Positions 20,102-29,524 of a stretch of 64,000 nucleotides of DNA are shown here, piece by piece. Position numbers and translations under genes: made by a program. Each line of letters begins with the position of its first letter. The first letter of the stretch is position 1. Under the pieces are notes generated by a model, which saw only the letters and a list, made by a program, of their open reading frames with translations, searched no databases and was not told where the DNA came from. Source of the stretch: an uncultured Acidobacteriota bacterium (GTDB taxonomy: Bacteria > Acidobacteriota > Thermoanaerobaculia > Multivoradales > JAHEKO01); assembly GCA_963713825.1 (NCBI GenBank), contig CAVQNG010000025.1, positions 480,001 to 544,000 on the forward strand, in the 5' to 3' direction.

Positions 20102-21075
20102 TGCCGCGCCCTCGGATCAGCGACGCCATGGAGTAGATCCGCCACCAGATTCCCGAGCACGACCAAGATGCCGGTCAATGCGGTCGTTGCGAGAACGACC
20201 GGATAGTCACGGCTCAGGATCGAGTCGAAGGTGAGTCGTCCCAGGCCGGGCCAGGAGAACACGACCTCGACCACCAGGGCGCCGCTCAGAAGCAGAGGCA
20301 AGGTAAGGCCGAACAGCTGCAGGATGGGCGCTGCCGCGTTTCGCAGGGCGTGAACCCAGACAATCCGCCTCTCGGTCAATCCCTTGGCACGAGCGGTGCG
20401 GATATAGTCCTGGCCCAATTCCTCCAACAGGCTGTTGCGGGTGAATCGGGCCGTTCCACCGGCCGCTGCCAGTCCGAGGACCAGGGCTGGAAGCGCGAGA
20501 TGGTGGAGGATGTCGACCTTTCGGGCCAACGGTGAGAGGGAGGCTGCGTCGATTGACTGCAGGTGGCCCGGCGGGAAGAGAGGCCAGTCGTAGCTCAAAA
20601 GCAGCAGTGCCATGAGCCCGGTCCAGAAGATCGGCAAGGAGTAGGCGACCATGGATGCAAGACGGATCAGGTGGTCTGTGGGGGATCCGGCATGCCGTGC
20701 GGCGGTGACCCCGGCGCCGAGTCCGACTCCAAACTGAATGAGGAGACCGGCAGTCGTCAGTAGTAGGGTCGGCCACGCATACTCTGCGATGACCTCGGTT
20801 ACGGGTCGGGAGTGTACGAAGGAGATACCCCAGTCACCCTCGAGAACAACGGCCTTGAGCCAACTCAGGTATTGGGCCGCCAAAGGGCGATCGAGCCCAT
20901 AGGCGCTGCGCATGGCGTCTCGTTGCTCGCCGGTGAGGCGCGGGTCCTGGAGGACCAGAGTGGGGTCTCCGGGAGCCAGATGAATAAAGAAGAAGGTGAA
21001 GCTCAGGACGATGAGAACCAGCAGTACCGCCGCGGCGGAGCGGCGAATCAGGAAGCCCAGCATCGTGGAGCTCAT
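20098..21075 (-). CDS. Peptide ABC transporter permease (OppB/DppB-like)
   Basis: APGDP, YGLDRP, YIRTARAKGL, HALRNA, FSWPGLG, DPR. Confidence 0.92.
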   Translation of the reverse strand: MSSTMLGFLIRRSAAAVLLVLIVLSFTFFFIHLAPGDPTLVLQDPRLTGEQRDAMRSAYGLDRPLAAQYLSWLKAVVLEGDWGISFVHSRPVTEVIAEYAWPTLLLTTAGLLIQFGVGLGAGVTAARHAGSPTDHLIRLASMVAYSLPIFWTGLMALLLLSYDWPLFPPGHLQSIDAASLSPLARKVDILHHLALPALVLGLAAAGGTARFTRNSLLEELGQDYIRTARAKGLTERRIVWVHALRNAAAPILQLFGLTLPLLLSGALVVEVVFSWPGLGRLTFDSILSRDYPVVLATTALTGILVVLGNLVADLLHGVADPRARQ

Positions 21076-21093
21076 CGCGGCCTCGGCTCGAGA

Positions 21094-22746
21094 TCAGTTC
21101 GCCTCGCCAAGCCACCATTCCCGGAGTCGGAAGTAGGGGCTGACGGGGCTCGGAGCGGCGTCTTGCAGGCGCTCGGAAGCTGCGGAGAGTCGCTGCGGCT
21201 CCCAGAGGAAAGTATAGGGCTGAGAACGATGCAGGATAGCTTCGGCCTGTCGCAGCAACTTCAAGCGCTCGACAGGTTCGGTCTCCAAATTGGCGGCATC
21301 GATGAGCCGGTCCAGGTCGGGGTCGGAATACTGGCCGAAGTTGTAGCCATCTTCGATCGATCGACTGTGAAAGGCATAGGCTAAGTCCATGGAGGTGTCG
21401 ATATCCCAGCCGCCGAGCATGGCGTCGAAGTCGTGCTCCAGGGCGCGGCTGACGACGGTATTGAACTCGAGTTGTCGGACACGAGCCTCGATACCCGCTC
21501 GGCGTAGATGCTCTTGAACCATGACCGCGGCATCGATCCTCACCTGACTACCGGTGTTGGTGATCAGCTCGAAGGAGAACGGCTCACCCCCTTTGTCCAG
21601 GATTCCGTCCCCATCCGAGTCACTCCAACCCTTGGATTGCAAGATCTGACGAGAAGCCTCGAGATCGAATGGCACCGGCTGGAGGTCGGGGTCATGGGCC
21701 CAGGTGCTGGTCAGAATGGGCGAGACGGCGATTCTGGCGAAGCCGTACCAGAGCGTGTCGATGATCTCCTGCCGGTCGATGGCCAGGGTCAGGGCGCGAC
21801 GCACCTCTGGATCGGCGAATAGCGGGCGCTGGGTGTTCCAACAGATGTAGTTGAACTGGCGGGCCCAGAAGCGGAGGATCTGGATCCCCTGCTCCTCGAG
21901 GGGCAGTACCTCGGAGGGAGGAACCTGCTCGACGAAGTCGACCTCGCCCGCCCGCAGCTCGCCAATTTGATTCTGTTTTTGGGGTACCACCCGAAGGATC
22001 ACTCGATCGAGCCGGGGTAGGTCGGGCTCGTGGTAGGACTCGTTACGAAGCAGGACGATCTGCTCCTGTCGGGTCCAGCTCTCCAGGGTGAAGGGGCCAT
22101 TGACGACGAGATGATTCTCGAACCACCGCTCATTGGCTCGCCATGCAGCGAATGGCAGCTCACTCCATACATGTTTCGGCAGGATCACCCCTTCATTGAG
22201 CTCGGCCAGCTGACTGGGGGAGCGTTGCCGAAAGTGGACTCTTACCTTGAGCCGGTCGATGACTTCGATCTCTCGGATGTTGTCCTTCGACTGAGCGTAG
22301 CCCCAGGCGAGCTCGGGGTCGGTCTGAGCCTGCCAGGTCCATCGCACGTCCTCGGCGGTCACCGGCACGCCATCAGACCAGGAAACGCCCGAGCGCAATA
22401 CGAGATCGAGTGAGGCGTGATCTGGGGACCATTCGAAGCTCTCGACAAGACGTGGCTCGAACGTTGGAGGGTGTTCGGTGAAGTCGGATTGCTCTTCGAA
22501 CAGGTGCAGAAACAGGCGATCGAGGACCGCCGTCGTCTGGGTGTCGGCACCCGAGACGAGTGGGTTGATGCCGTGGATATCATTGCTGATTGCCAACACC
22601 AGAGTGCCGCCTCGGCGTGGGGTGTCTTCGGTGGTCGGGGTCCTCTCGCCCACTTCCCGCTGCTGGCAGCCCGACCATAGAAGGACAGCGGTGACGAGAG
22701 TCGCCAGCAGGACTGAGGTGGCGCGCCGATCGGGTTCAGGGCTCAT
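21094..22746 (-). CDS. Peptide ABC transporter substrate-binding lipoprotein (SBP family 5)
   Basis: Lipobox LWSGC; WSDG-PVTAEDV, GPF, VRRAL-LAIDR. Confidence 0.92.
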   Translation of the reverse strand: MSPEPDRRATSVLLATLVTAVLLWSGCQQREVGERTPTTEDTPRRGGTLVLAISNDIHGINPLVSGADTQTTAVLDRLFLHLFEEQSDFTEHPPTFEPRLVESFEWSPDHASLDLVLRSGVSWSDGVPVTAEDVRWTWQAQTDPELAWGYAQSKDNIREIEVIDRLKVRVHFRQRSPSQLAELNEGVILPKHVWSELPFAAWRANERWFENHLVVNGPFTLESWTRQEQIVLLRNESYHEPDLPRLDRVILRVVPQKQNQIGELRAGEVDFVEQVPPSEVLPLEEQGIQILRFWARQFNYICWNTQRPLFADPEVRRALTLAIDRQEIIDTLWYGFARIAVSPILTSTWAHDPDLQPVPFDLEASRQILQSKGWSDSDGDGILDKGGEPFSFELITNTGSQVRIDAAVMVQEHLRRAGIEARVRQLEFNTVVSRALEHDFDAMLGGWDIDTSMDLAYAFHSRSIEDGYNFGQYSDPDLDRLIDAANLETEPVERLKLLRQAEAILHRSQPYTFLWEPQRLSAASERLQDAAPSPVSPYFRLREWWLGEAN

Positions 22747-22859
22747 GCAGTGAATCCGGGAGATTGTCGCGTGATGTCGATGGGTGCATGCTAACCAACC
22801 GCTCTTTCAAGGGTCAATGAAGTCCGTGATAGGGCGAACCGAAGGCTTGCTATCCTTGG

Positions 22860-24323
22860 GTGATGTCTTCGCAAGCACCGTCGGCCTCCTCCCGAAGGCT
22901 GTTTGTCGTGGCCCTCTTGCTGGGTCTTTTCATTTTCTTGGACATCGGGCTCTTCGGCTGGCTTCTCTTCCGCTCGCTCTCGAAGCGTGAGATTGAACGG
23001 GTGCTGTTGGAGACGCGCGAGGAGGCAGAGGGCCTGGCCGAAAAGCTGGCGGGTACCGCGGCAGAGGCTGGCGGCGATCTGTACACGGTGACGGCCATGG
23101 AGAGGGAGGTCCAGACCTACATCGATTCCATCCTGAAACAGCGCAAGTTCGTGCGCACCGTCGAAGTCGTCGACGGTGAGGGTCGATTGGTCTTCCGCGG
23201 TGCCGGAGAGACGGTCCTGGAAGTGGCGCCGTCTGACGGGCTGGTGGTGCAGGAAAGGGAGGTACCTTCCGTTGTCGAGGAGAGGCCGATCGAGAGGGAG
23301 GCCACGTTTCCTCTCGAAGTTCCCATCGACGAGCTCTACGATTTGAACCTTCCCATCGGCGAGCTCGGCTTCCTGCGTGTCGGGATCAGCCAGGGAGAGC
23401 TGCAGCGCAGCATTGAGACCTTGCGCTCGGAGTTGGTGCAGAAGACTGCGGTCGTCGCCGCGCTGAGTCTCGTCGTTCTGCTACTGGCCTTTGCCATCAT
23501 CTGGCGGTTGTGGAAACGGGGGCAAATGCTCCAAGAGCAAGCGCGCGAAGCGGAGCGCATGGCCTACATCGGCACGTTGGCGTCCGGTCTGGCGCATGAG
23601 ATTCGCAATCCCTTGAACTCCCTGAACCTGAATATGCAGCTCCTGGAAGAGGAGCTGTCGGGCCGGGTCGATACCCCGCCCGAGGTGCAGTCCAGTGGCA
23701 GACTCATGTCGATCACCCGGGACGAGATCCATCGGCTGGAGCGGCTGGTGACGGATTTTCTCCAGTATGCACGTCCGCGGCCCTTGGAGCTGGAGGAGAT
23801 TCCCGCAATCGAGCTCCTGGAGCGGTGCCGGGAGATACTGAAGGGTGAGATCCAGGCCAGAGGTGCGCGTTTGAGGGTCGAGGATGGGAGCGGGGGTGCG
23901 AAAGTCCGCGTCGATCCCGGGCAGATGAACCAGCTACTGCTGAATCTGGTGCAAAACGCTCTCGCCGCGAGTGAAGACCAGGAGGGCGGCGGTGTCGAGG
24001 AAGTTCGATTGGCAGTGAGCCGAGACCAGGGCCGAGTGGTCTTCGAGGTGGAGGATCATGGCAGCGGCATGCCTCAGGAAGTCCAGTCGCAGATGTTCGA
24101 TCTCTTCTATTCGACCCGCAAAGGAGGCACCGGCCTGGGTTTGCCGGTCGTGAGGAGGATCGCCGAGACTCACCACGCGGACCTGACAGTCGTCAGTCGG
24201 CCTGGTGAGGGAACTTTGATTCGTCTGGCGCTACCCGAGGAGCTTCCATCAGGCACGCCCGAAGAGGCGTCGGTCCCTCAGGCTTCGATGAGTGCGTCGA
24301 AATCTTCCTGGGTCAAGAATTGA
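22860..24323 (+). CDS. Membrane sensor histidine kinase (NtrB-like), no adjacent response regulator
   Basis: Two TM helices; LAHEIRNPLNS, NLVQNA, DHGSG, GTGLGL. Confidence 0.9.
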   Translation: MMSSQAPSASSRRLFVVALLLGLFIFLDIGLFGWLLFRSLSKREIERVLLETREEAEGLAEKLAGTAAEAGGDLYTVTAMEREVQTYIDSILKQRKFVRTVEVVDGEGRLVFRGAGETVLEVAPSDGLVVQEREVPSVVEERPIEREATFPLEVPIDELYDLNLPIGELGFLRVGISQGELQRSIETLRSELVQKTAVVAALSLVVLLLAFAIIWRLWKRGQMLQEQAREAERMAYIGTLASGLAHEIRNPLNSLNLNMQLLEEELSGRVDTPPEVQSSGRLMSITRDEIHRLERLVTDFLQYARPRPLELEEIPAIELLERCREILKGEIQARGARLRVEDGSGGAKVRVDPGQMNQLLLNLVQNALAASEDQEGGGVEEVRLAVSRDQGRVVFEVEDHGSGMPQEVQSQMFDLFYSTRKGGTGLGLPVVRRIAETHHADLTVVSRPGEGTLIRLALPEELPSGTPEEASVPQASMSASKSSWVKN

Positions 24324-24442
24324 TCGGTCTCTTCGCTGGTGCAGAGCTCGCAGTAGGCTTCGGTCACTTCGTCGTTCTCCCACTCGAAGACGTAGCACGC
24401 TGCCTCGCAGTTGAGACAAATCAGGTAGTCTGGTCTGGCCAC
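24278..24442 (-). CDS. Small acidic CxxC...CxxC protein (54 aa), below the ORF-track size cut-off
   Basis: RBS AAAGGAG plus GTG start: MARPDYLICLNCEAACYVFEWENDEVTEAYCELCTSEETDQFLTQEDFDALIEA*. Confidence 0.7.
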   Translation of the reverse strand: MARPDYLICLNCEAACYVFEWENDEVTEAYCELCTSEETDQFLTQEDFDALIEA

Positions 24443-24610
24443 GGGTCTCTCCTTTGGATGAAGAACAGCATAGCAAAGACCTCCGGGCCTGGCTGTGAGG
24501 TTCGAAATGGGGACTCCAGGTCGTGCTGCTATCGGTGTTGACCCTGTTTAACCCTTCATGCTACCCTCGCGCGTCTGCGCCCTGAGTGGCGACACGGGAG
24601 GGTCATATCC

Positions 24611-24976
24611 ATGTATGCAGTCATCGAAACCGGAGGCAAACAGTACCGGGTGCAGCCCGGCGACGTCATCGACGTCGAGAAGACGCCGGTTTCCGGGAAG
24701 AAGATCAAGAAGGTGAAGTTCGACCGCATCCTGCTGGTCGGTGATGACAAAGGCACCAAGGTGGGGGCACCCACCGTCGAAGGCGCTGTCGTGACCGCCA
24801 CCCTGATGGACGAGGTGCGAGGACCCAAGATCAAGGTCTTCAAGATGAAGCGCCGCAAGGGCTACCGTCGGCTCACCGGTCATCGGCAGGACCTCCTGCG
24901 AGTGCGGATCGACAAGATCGAGGCCTCTACGGCGAGCAAGGCCAAGGCAGAGACGGCCGACAAGAAGGAAGGTTGA
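24611..24976 (+). CDS. rplU: 50S ribosomal protein L21
   Basis: [14 protein letters not shown]...[12 protein letters not shown]. Confidence 0.97.
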   Translation: MYAVIETGGKQYRVQPGDVIDVEKTPVSGKKIKKVKFDRILLVGDDKGTKVGAPTVEGAVVTATLMDEVRGPKIKVFKMKRRKGYRRLTGHRQDLLRVRIDKIEASTASKAKAETADKKEG

Positions 24977-24982
24977 TGGCTT

Positions 24983-25240
24983 ATGGCACATAAAAAGGGA
25001 CAGGGCTCTAGCCGCAACGGGCGGGATTCCAATGCGCAGCACCTGGGCGTCAAACGATTCGGTGGCCAGACGGTGACCGGTGGAACGATCATCGTTCGCC
25101 AGCGGGGGACGAAGTTCTTCCCGGGTCTGAACGTCGGCCGGGGCAAAGACGACACGCTCTTCGCCAAGGCAGATGGTGTGGTGCAGTTTCAGAACAGGGG
25201 CCGACGAGGTAAGTTCGTCAACATCCTGCCGGCCGAGTAG
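24983..25240 (+). CDS. rpmA: 50S ribosomal protein L27
   Basis: [16 protein letters not shown]...RQRGTK. Confidence 0.98.
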   Translation: MAHKKGQGSSRNGRDSNAQHLGVKRFGGQTVTGGTIIVRQRGTKFFPGLNVGRGKDDTLFAKADGVVQFQNRGRRGKFVNILPAE

Positions 25241-25295
25241 GTTCCAGCTCGGCGGTTGAAGCCGGCCTCGGTCCCGAGCAGTTGGCTCACCAGAA

Positions 25296-26303
25296 TTGAT
25301 CTTCTTAGACGAAGCCGTAATTCATGTCCGCGCCGGACGTGGAGGTAACGGCTGCGTCGCCTTTCGCAGAGAGAAGTACGTGCCCAGAGGAGGTCCCTCC
25401 GGAGGTGATGGTGGCCATGGCGGCGCCGTCATCCTGGTTGGCGATGAAGGGCTCAACACCCTCTACCACCTCCGCTTTCGCTCGATCTACCCTGCGGAGC
25501 GGGGGCGCCATGGCGAGGGCTCCAACAAGACTGGGCGATCGGGCAGTAGCCTCGAAGTCAGGGTGCCGCCGGGCACCCAGGTCTACGACTCCGACGATTC
25601 GACCCCGGTGGGCGAGATCTTGGAGCACGGTGAGCGCCTGGTTGTTGCCGCCGGCGGTCGGGGCGGCCGGGGTAACGCTCGCTTCGCCACCTCCACCAAC
25701 AGAGCTCCCGATCGGGCAGACCCGGGAGAGGAGGGTGTCGAGCGCCGACTCCGGTTGGAGCTCAAGCTGCTCGCAGATGTCGGTGTGGTGGGTCTGCCCA
25801 ACGCCGGCAAGTCGACCCTGATCAGTGTCATCTCGGCAGCTCGACCGCGCATTGCGGACTATCCATTCACCACCCTGGTGCCCCAATTGGGTGTGGTGGC
25901 CGATGGGCCGACTGCCGAGCCCTTCGTGGTCGCTGATTTGCCGGGGCTGATCGAGGGCGCGTCTCAGGGTGCCGGACTCGGGCACCAGTTCCTGCGCCAC
26001 GTCGAACGGTGCAGGGTGCTACTTCATCTGGTGGACCTGGCAGCCCAGGATGGCAGCGCCGAAGACGACTTGAAGACTATCGAGCACGAGATGGAGGCCT
26101 TCGATCCTGGACTCATGGCCAGACCCCGCTGGATCGTGGGGACCAAGCTGGACTCCGCTCGGGAGGACCGGAGGGAGAACCTGAGAGAGGCGGCGCGTCA
26201 AAGGGGTCTGAGCTACACCGAGATAAGCTCGGTGAGTCAGACAGGCATCAAGGAGCTGGTCAACGGCTTGCGACAGCTGCTGGCAGAGGTCGCGGACTCA
26301 TGA
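25296..26303 (+). CDS. obgE: GTPase ObgE
   Basis: FRREKYVPRGGPSGGDGG, GLPNAGKST, DYPFTTL, DLPGLIEGA. Confidence 0.97.
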   Translation: MIFLDEAVIHVRAGRGGNGCVAFRREKYVPRGGPSGGDGGHGGAVILVGDEGLNTLYHLRFRSIYPAERGRHGEGSNKTGRSGSSLEVRVPPGTQVYDSDDSTPVGEILEHGERLVVAAGGRGGRGNARFATSTNRAPDRADPGEEGVERRLRLELKLLADVGVVGLPNAGKSTLISVISAARPRIADYPFTTLVPQLGVVADGPTAEPFVVADLPGLIEGASQGAGLGHQFLRHVERCRVLLHLVDLAAQDGSAEDDLKTIEHEMEAFDPGLMARPRWIVGTKLDSAREDRRENLREAARQRGLSYTEISSVSQTGIKELVNGLRQLLAEVADS

Positions 26304-26908
26304 AAATCGGTCTATTCGGTGGCACCTTCGATCCGATTCACTTCGGCCACATTCTGCCGGTGAAGGAGGCGCAGGCCCAACTCGGCCTTGACCAGGTCAT
26401 CTACCTGCCGACCGCCATGCCGCCCCACAAGCCGGGAGGGCAGGTTGCACCACCTCAAGCCCGATGGACGATGGTAGAGCTGGCGCTCTTGCGGGAACCG
26501 GGACTGGTCGCCGACCCCTTCGAGCTGGCACCGATGCGAGAGGCCTTCACGGTGGATTCTGTGGAGCATTTTCGCTCCACGATACCGGCAGCCGACCTGT
26601 ACCTTCTCATCGGCTGCGACAGCTTCGCTGAGCTTCATACCTGGAGTCGCTGGGAGGAGCTCGTTGCCATGGTCAAGCTCGCGGTTCTGGTCCGTCCAGA
26701 TTGGCGACCTGGTGCCCTGGAAGCGCAACTGACACCCGAAGTGTCCGCGCTGATAGGACAGGACAACGTCTCGTTCATCACCAATCAGCCGGTAGCAGTC
26801 TCGGCCACCCAGCTGCGTCGGATGCTGGCCGAGGGAGCCCAGCCGCCCGCAGGTTGGTTACCGGAATTGGTGCTAGAGTACATTCAGAAGTACGACCTCT
26901 ATCGATGA
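26300..26908 (+). CDS. nadD: Nicotinate-nucleotide adenylyltransferase
   Basis: GLFGGTFDPIHFGH, PPHK, VSAT; conserved obgE-nadD-rsfS order. Confidence 0.95.
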   Translation: MKIGLFGGTFDPIHFGHILPVKEAQAQLGLDQVIYLPTAMPPHKPGGQVAPPQARWTMVELALLREPGLVADPFELAPMREAFTVDSVEHFRSTIPAADLYLLIGCDSFAELHTWSRWEELVAMVKLAVLVRPDWRPGALEAQLTPEVSALIGQDNVSFITNQPVAVSATQLRRMLAEGAQPPAGWLPELVLEYIQKYDLYR

Positions 26909-27279
26909 CCGACCCGACCCTCAGCCCGCCGGATATCGCCGCTCGATGTCGGGAGGTGGTGGCTGCTGCGGAAGACCTCAAGGCCAACCGTCTCAGGGTC
27001 CTGGCGCTCTCCGAGATCAGCTCGCTGGCCGACTACTTCGTGGTTTGCAGTGGGAGCAGTGGGCGTCAGGTCCAAGCGATTTCGGACGCAGTCATCCAGA
27101 GATTGCGTGCTGAGAGCGTTCGGCCCCACCATGTCGAAGGCTATGAGGCGGCCCGTTGGGTGCTGCTGGACTTCGGCGACTTCGTCGTCCATGTCTTCGA
27201 CGAGGAGACCCGCTCCTTCTACGGCCTCGAAAAGCTGTGGGCCGACGCTCCCGATGTGACCCACGAGCTCACGCAGTGA
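26905..27279 (+). CDS. rsfS: Ribosome silencing factor RsfS
   Basis: DYFVVCSG, WVLLDFGD..VHVF, FYGLEKLW. Confidence 0.95.
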   Translation: MTDPTLSPPDIAARCREVVAAAEDLKANRLRVLALSEISSLADYFVVCSGSSGRQVQAISDAVIQRLRAESVRPHHVEGYEAARWVLLDFGDFVVHVFDEETRSFYGLEKLWADAPDVTHELTQ

Positions 27280-28187
27280 CCAGCGCTTCACCCGTTTCCG
27301 AGCTTCTTGCGCACTCCCCCTCCCTGGAGCAGCAGATCCGGGGCGCCGAGCGGGCGGCACGCACAGATGTCCCGGTGCTGATCCTCGGAGAGCCGGGTAC
27401 TGGGCGTTCGGCGATCGCCAGGGCGATTCATGCCACCAGTTTGCGGTCCGATGGCGCCCTCGTCGAAGTGGACATCAGCGCCATCCCCAGCTCACTGTTC
27501 GAGAGTGAGCTCTTCGGGTATCGCCCGGGAGCGTTCACCGGCGCCGAGTCACCACTGGCCGGCCGAGTAGCAACCGCGGACGGTGGGACTCTGTTGTTGG
27601 ATCACGTCGAGGACATCCCTATCGGAGCGCAGCCGAAGTTGTTGCGCTTGCTGGCAGAGAGCACCTATGCCCCTTTGGGTGGATCCGATCGACATGCCAA
27701 TGTTCGGTTCTTGGGGATAGGGTCCGATGATCTGCCCTCCAGAGTCGCCAGTGGCGCTTTTCGGTCGGATCTCTTCTATCGGATGGAGGTCGTTACTCTT
27801 CGTTTGCCGACTCTCAGGGAGCGTCGAGAGGACTTCGCGTCGCTCGTCGAGTTCTTCCTGCTGGATCTCGGAGAGCGTTTCGGAATCAGCGATGTGAAGC
27901 TCTCGACCAGTGCTCGAGAGTGGATGGTGGAGTACCCCTGGCCGGGCAACCTGCGAGAGCTGAGAAATGTTCTCGAGCGAGCCCTGATCCTGCAGGGGAC
28001 GGGCCCCCTGAATCCGCCGTGCCCTGATCGTCGTAGCGGCCCACCCGAGTCTCTTCAGGCGGTCGAGCGGCGCCAGATCCTGCGGGCGCTGGCCTACACC
28101 CGCGGCCACCAGGGGCGAGCCTCCGAGCTGCTCGGCATCAGTCGCAAGACCCTGTGGGAAAAGCGCCGCCGCTACGACATCCCCTGA
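27276..28187 (+). CDS. Sigma54-dependent activator-like protein (AAA+ and Fis HTH), no sensory domain, degenerate Walker motifs
   Basis: ESELFG..GAFTGA, FRSDLFYR, WPGNLREL, LLGISRKTLWEK; GTG start overlaps the rsfS stop. Confidence 0.88.
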   Translation: MTSASPVSELLAHSPSLEQQIRGAERAARTDVPVLILGEPGTGRSAIARAIHATSLRSDGALVEVDISAIPSSLFESELFGYRPGAFTGAESPLAGRVATADGGTLLLDHVEDIPIGAQPKLLRLLAESTYAPLGGSDRHANVRFLGIGSDDLPSRVASGAFRSDLFYRMEVVTLRLPTLRERREDFASLVEFFLLDLGERFGISDVKLSTSAREWMVEYPWPGNLRELRNVLERALILQGTGPLNPPCPDRRSGPPESLQAVERRQILRALAYTRGHQGRASELLGISRKTLWEKRRRYDIP

Positions 28188-28717
28188 GGGCTTGAGGTTG
28201 AGGCGACCGGGCGTTCCTTCCGGCCGACCTTTGAGGGCTTGGGGCGTTGGGGGCGAGGCCGATTGTCACTTTGGCCGCCAAGCTGTCCATTTTGGGTGCT
28301 AAGTGGTGCTTTTTGGAGGGTGGTCTGGCACTGCTGGCCTGGACTGCCCAACGCCGGGTGGGAGGTTTTGAAGCGGCCGTCGCCTCTGGCGGCCGTTGCT
28401 ACATCCCTGCAATACGTTGGTGATCTGGAGGCTCGTCCGGGTGGTCCGTAGGGGGACGGCGTCGGCTACTCAGACTGCAGCGGGCGGGCCGCCCCCTTGT
28501 CTCGTCATCGCGCGGGATCTCTTGTGCTCTGTGAAGGCCCTTGCGCTGCGCTCGACTCGGCACCCCCTGTCGAACCACCCGAACGAACCTCTGGCACCGT
28601 TAAAGGCAATAGGGGCTTAGGGCAGTAGGGGCGTAAGGGCCTAGGGGTTTCGAGGAATGGGAGGGGGGCCCACGGCCTCAAAGATCGTCGGGAGGTACGA
28701 CCGGACGCCTCAGCCCT

Positions 28718-29494
28718 CTAACGGCCTTTCCATTCGGCTGGACGCTTCTCCAGGAAAGCCGCCACGCCTTCCTGCTTGTCTGCGGTGGAAAAGCAGAGGC
28801 AGAAGAGATCGCGCTCGTACAGGACGCCTTCCTCGATGGCGAGGCGTTGGCTGGCGCGGACTGCCTGCTTGGCGACCTTCAGGGTCAACGGGCTCTTGGA
28901 CGCTATCTTTGCGGCCAGCTCCAGCGTCTGGTCACGAAGCTCGTCAGCCGGCGCCACCATCTCCACGAGACCGATCTCCTTGGCTTCCGCGGCGCCGATC
29001 ATGTCGCCTGTGAGGATCATGCGCATGGCGTGACCTGGTCCGACGAGACGGGGCAGGCGTTGGGTGCCACCGCCACCGGGGATCAGGCCCAGATTGATCT
29101 CGGGCTGGCCGAATCGAGCCTTATCAGAAGCGATGCGCAGATCACACGAGATGGCAAGCTCGCAACCGCCACCCAGGCAGAAGCCGTTGATCATGGCGAT
29201 GACCGGTTTGGGAAAGCTCGACATGACGTCGAAGATCCGAGGCGAGCGCATGGCATGCCGCTGGTCGAAGGGACTTCGACCTTCGAACTCACCGATATCC
29301 GCGCCGGCAATGAAGGCCTTCTCCCCGGCGCCTGTGAGCACGACCGCGCCGATACTGTCGTCAACGGCGATCTCATCGAGCAGCTCCAGCATCTCGTCAC
29401 GGACCTGCTGATTGAGAGCGTTCATCTTGTCGGGCCGGTTGATGGTGAGAATCACCACTCGACCAACCTGTTCTTTGAGAATGGTCTCGGGCAT
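28718..29494 (-). CDS. Enoyl-CoA hydratase (crotonase family)
   Basis: NRPDKMNAL, AFIAGADI, GGGCEL, GQPEINLG. Confidence 0.93.
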   Translation of the reverse strand: MPETILKEQVGRVVILTINRPDKMNALNQQVRDEMLELLDEIAVDDSIGAVVLTGAGEKAFIAGADIGEFEGRSPFDQRHAMRSPRIFDVMSSFPKPVIAMINGFCLGGGCELAISCDLRIASDKARFGQPEINLGLIPGGGGTQRLPRLVGPGHAMRMILTGDMIGAAEAKEIGLVEMVAPADELRDQTLELAAKIASKSPLTLKVAKQAVRASQRLAIEEGVLYERDLFCLCFSTADKQEGVAAFLEKRPAEWKGR

Positions 29495-29524
29495 GTCGAT
29501 CTTCCTCCAACAGGGCGCAATGAG

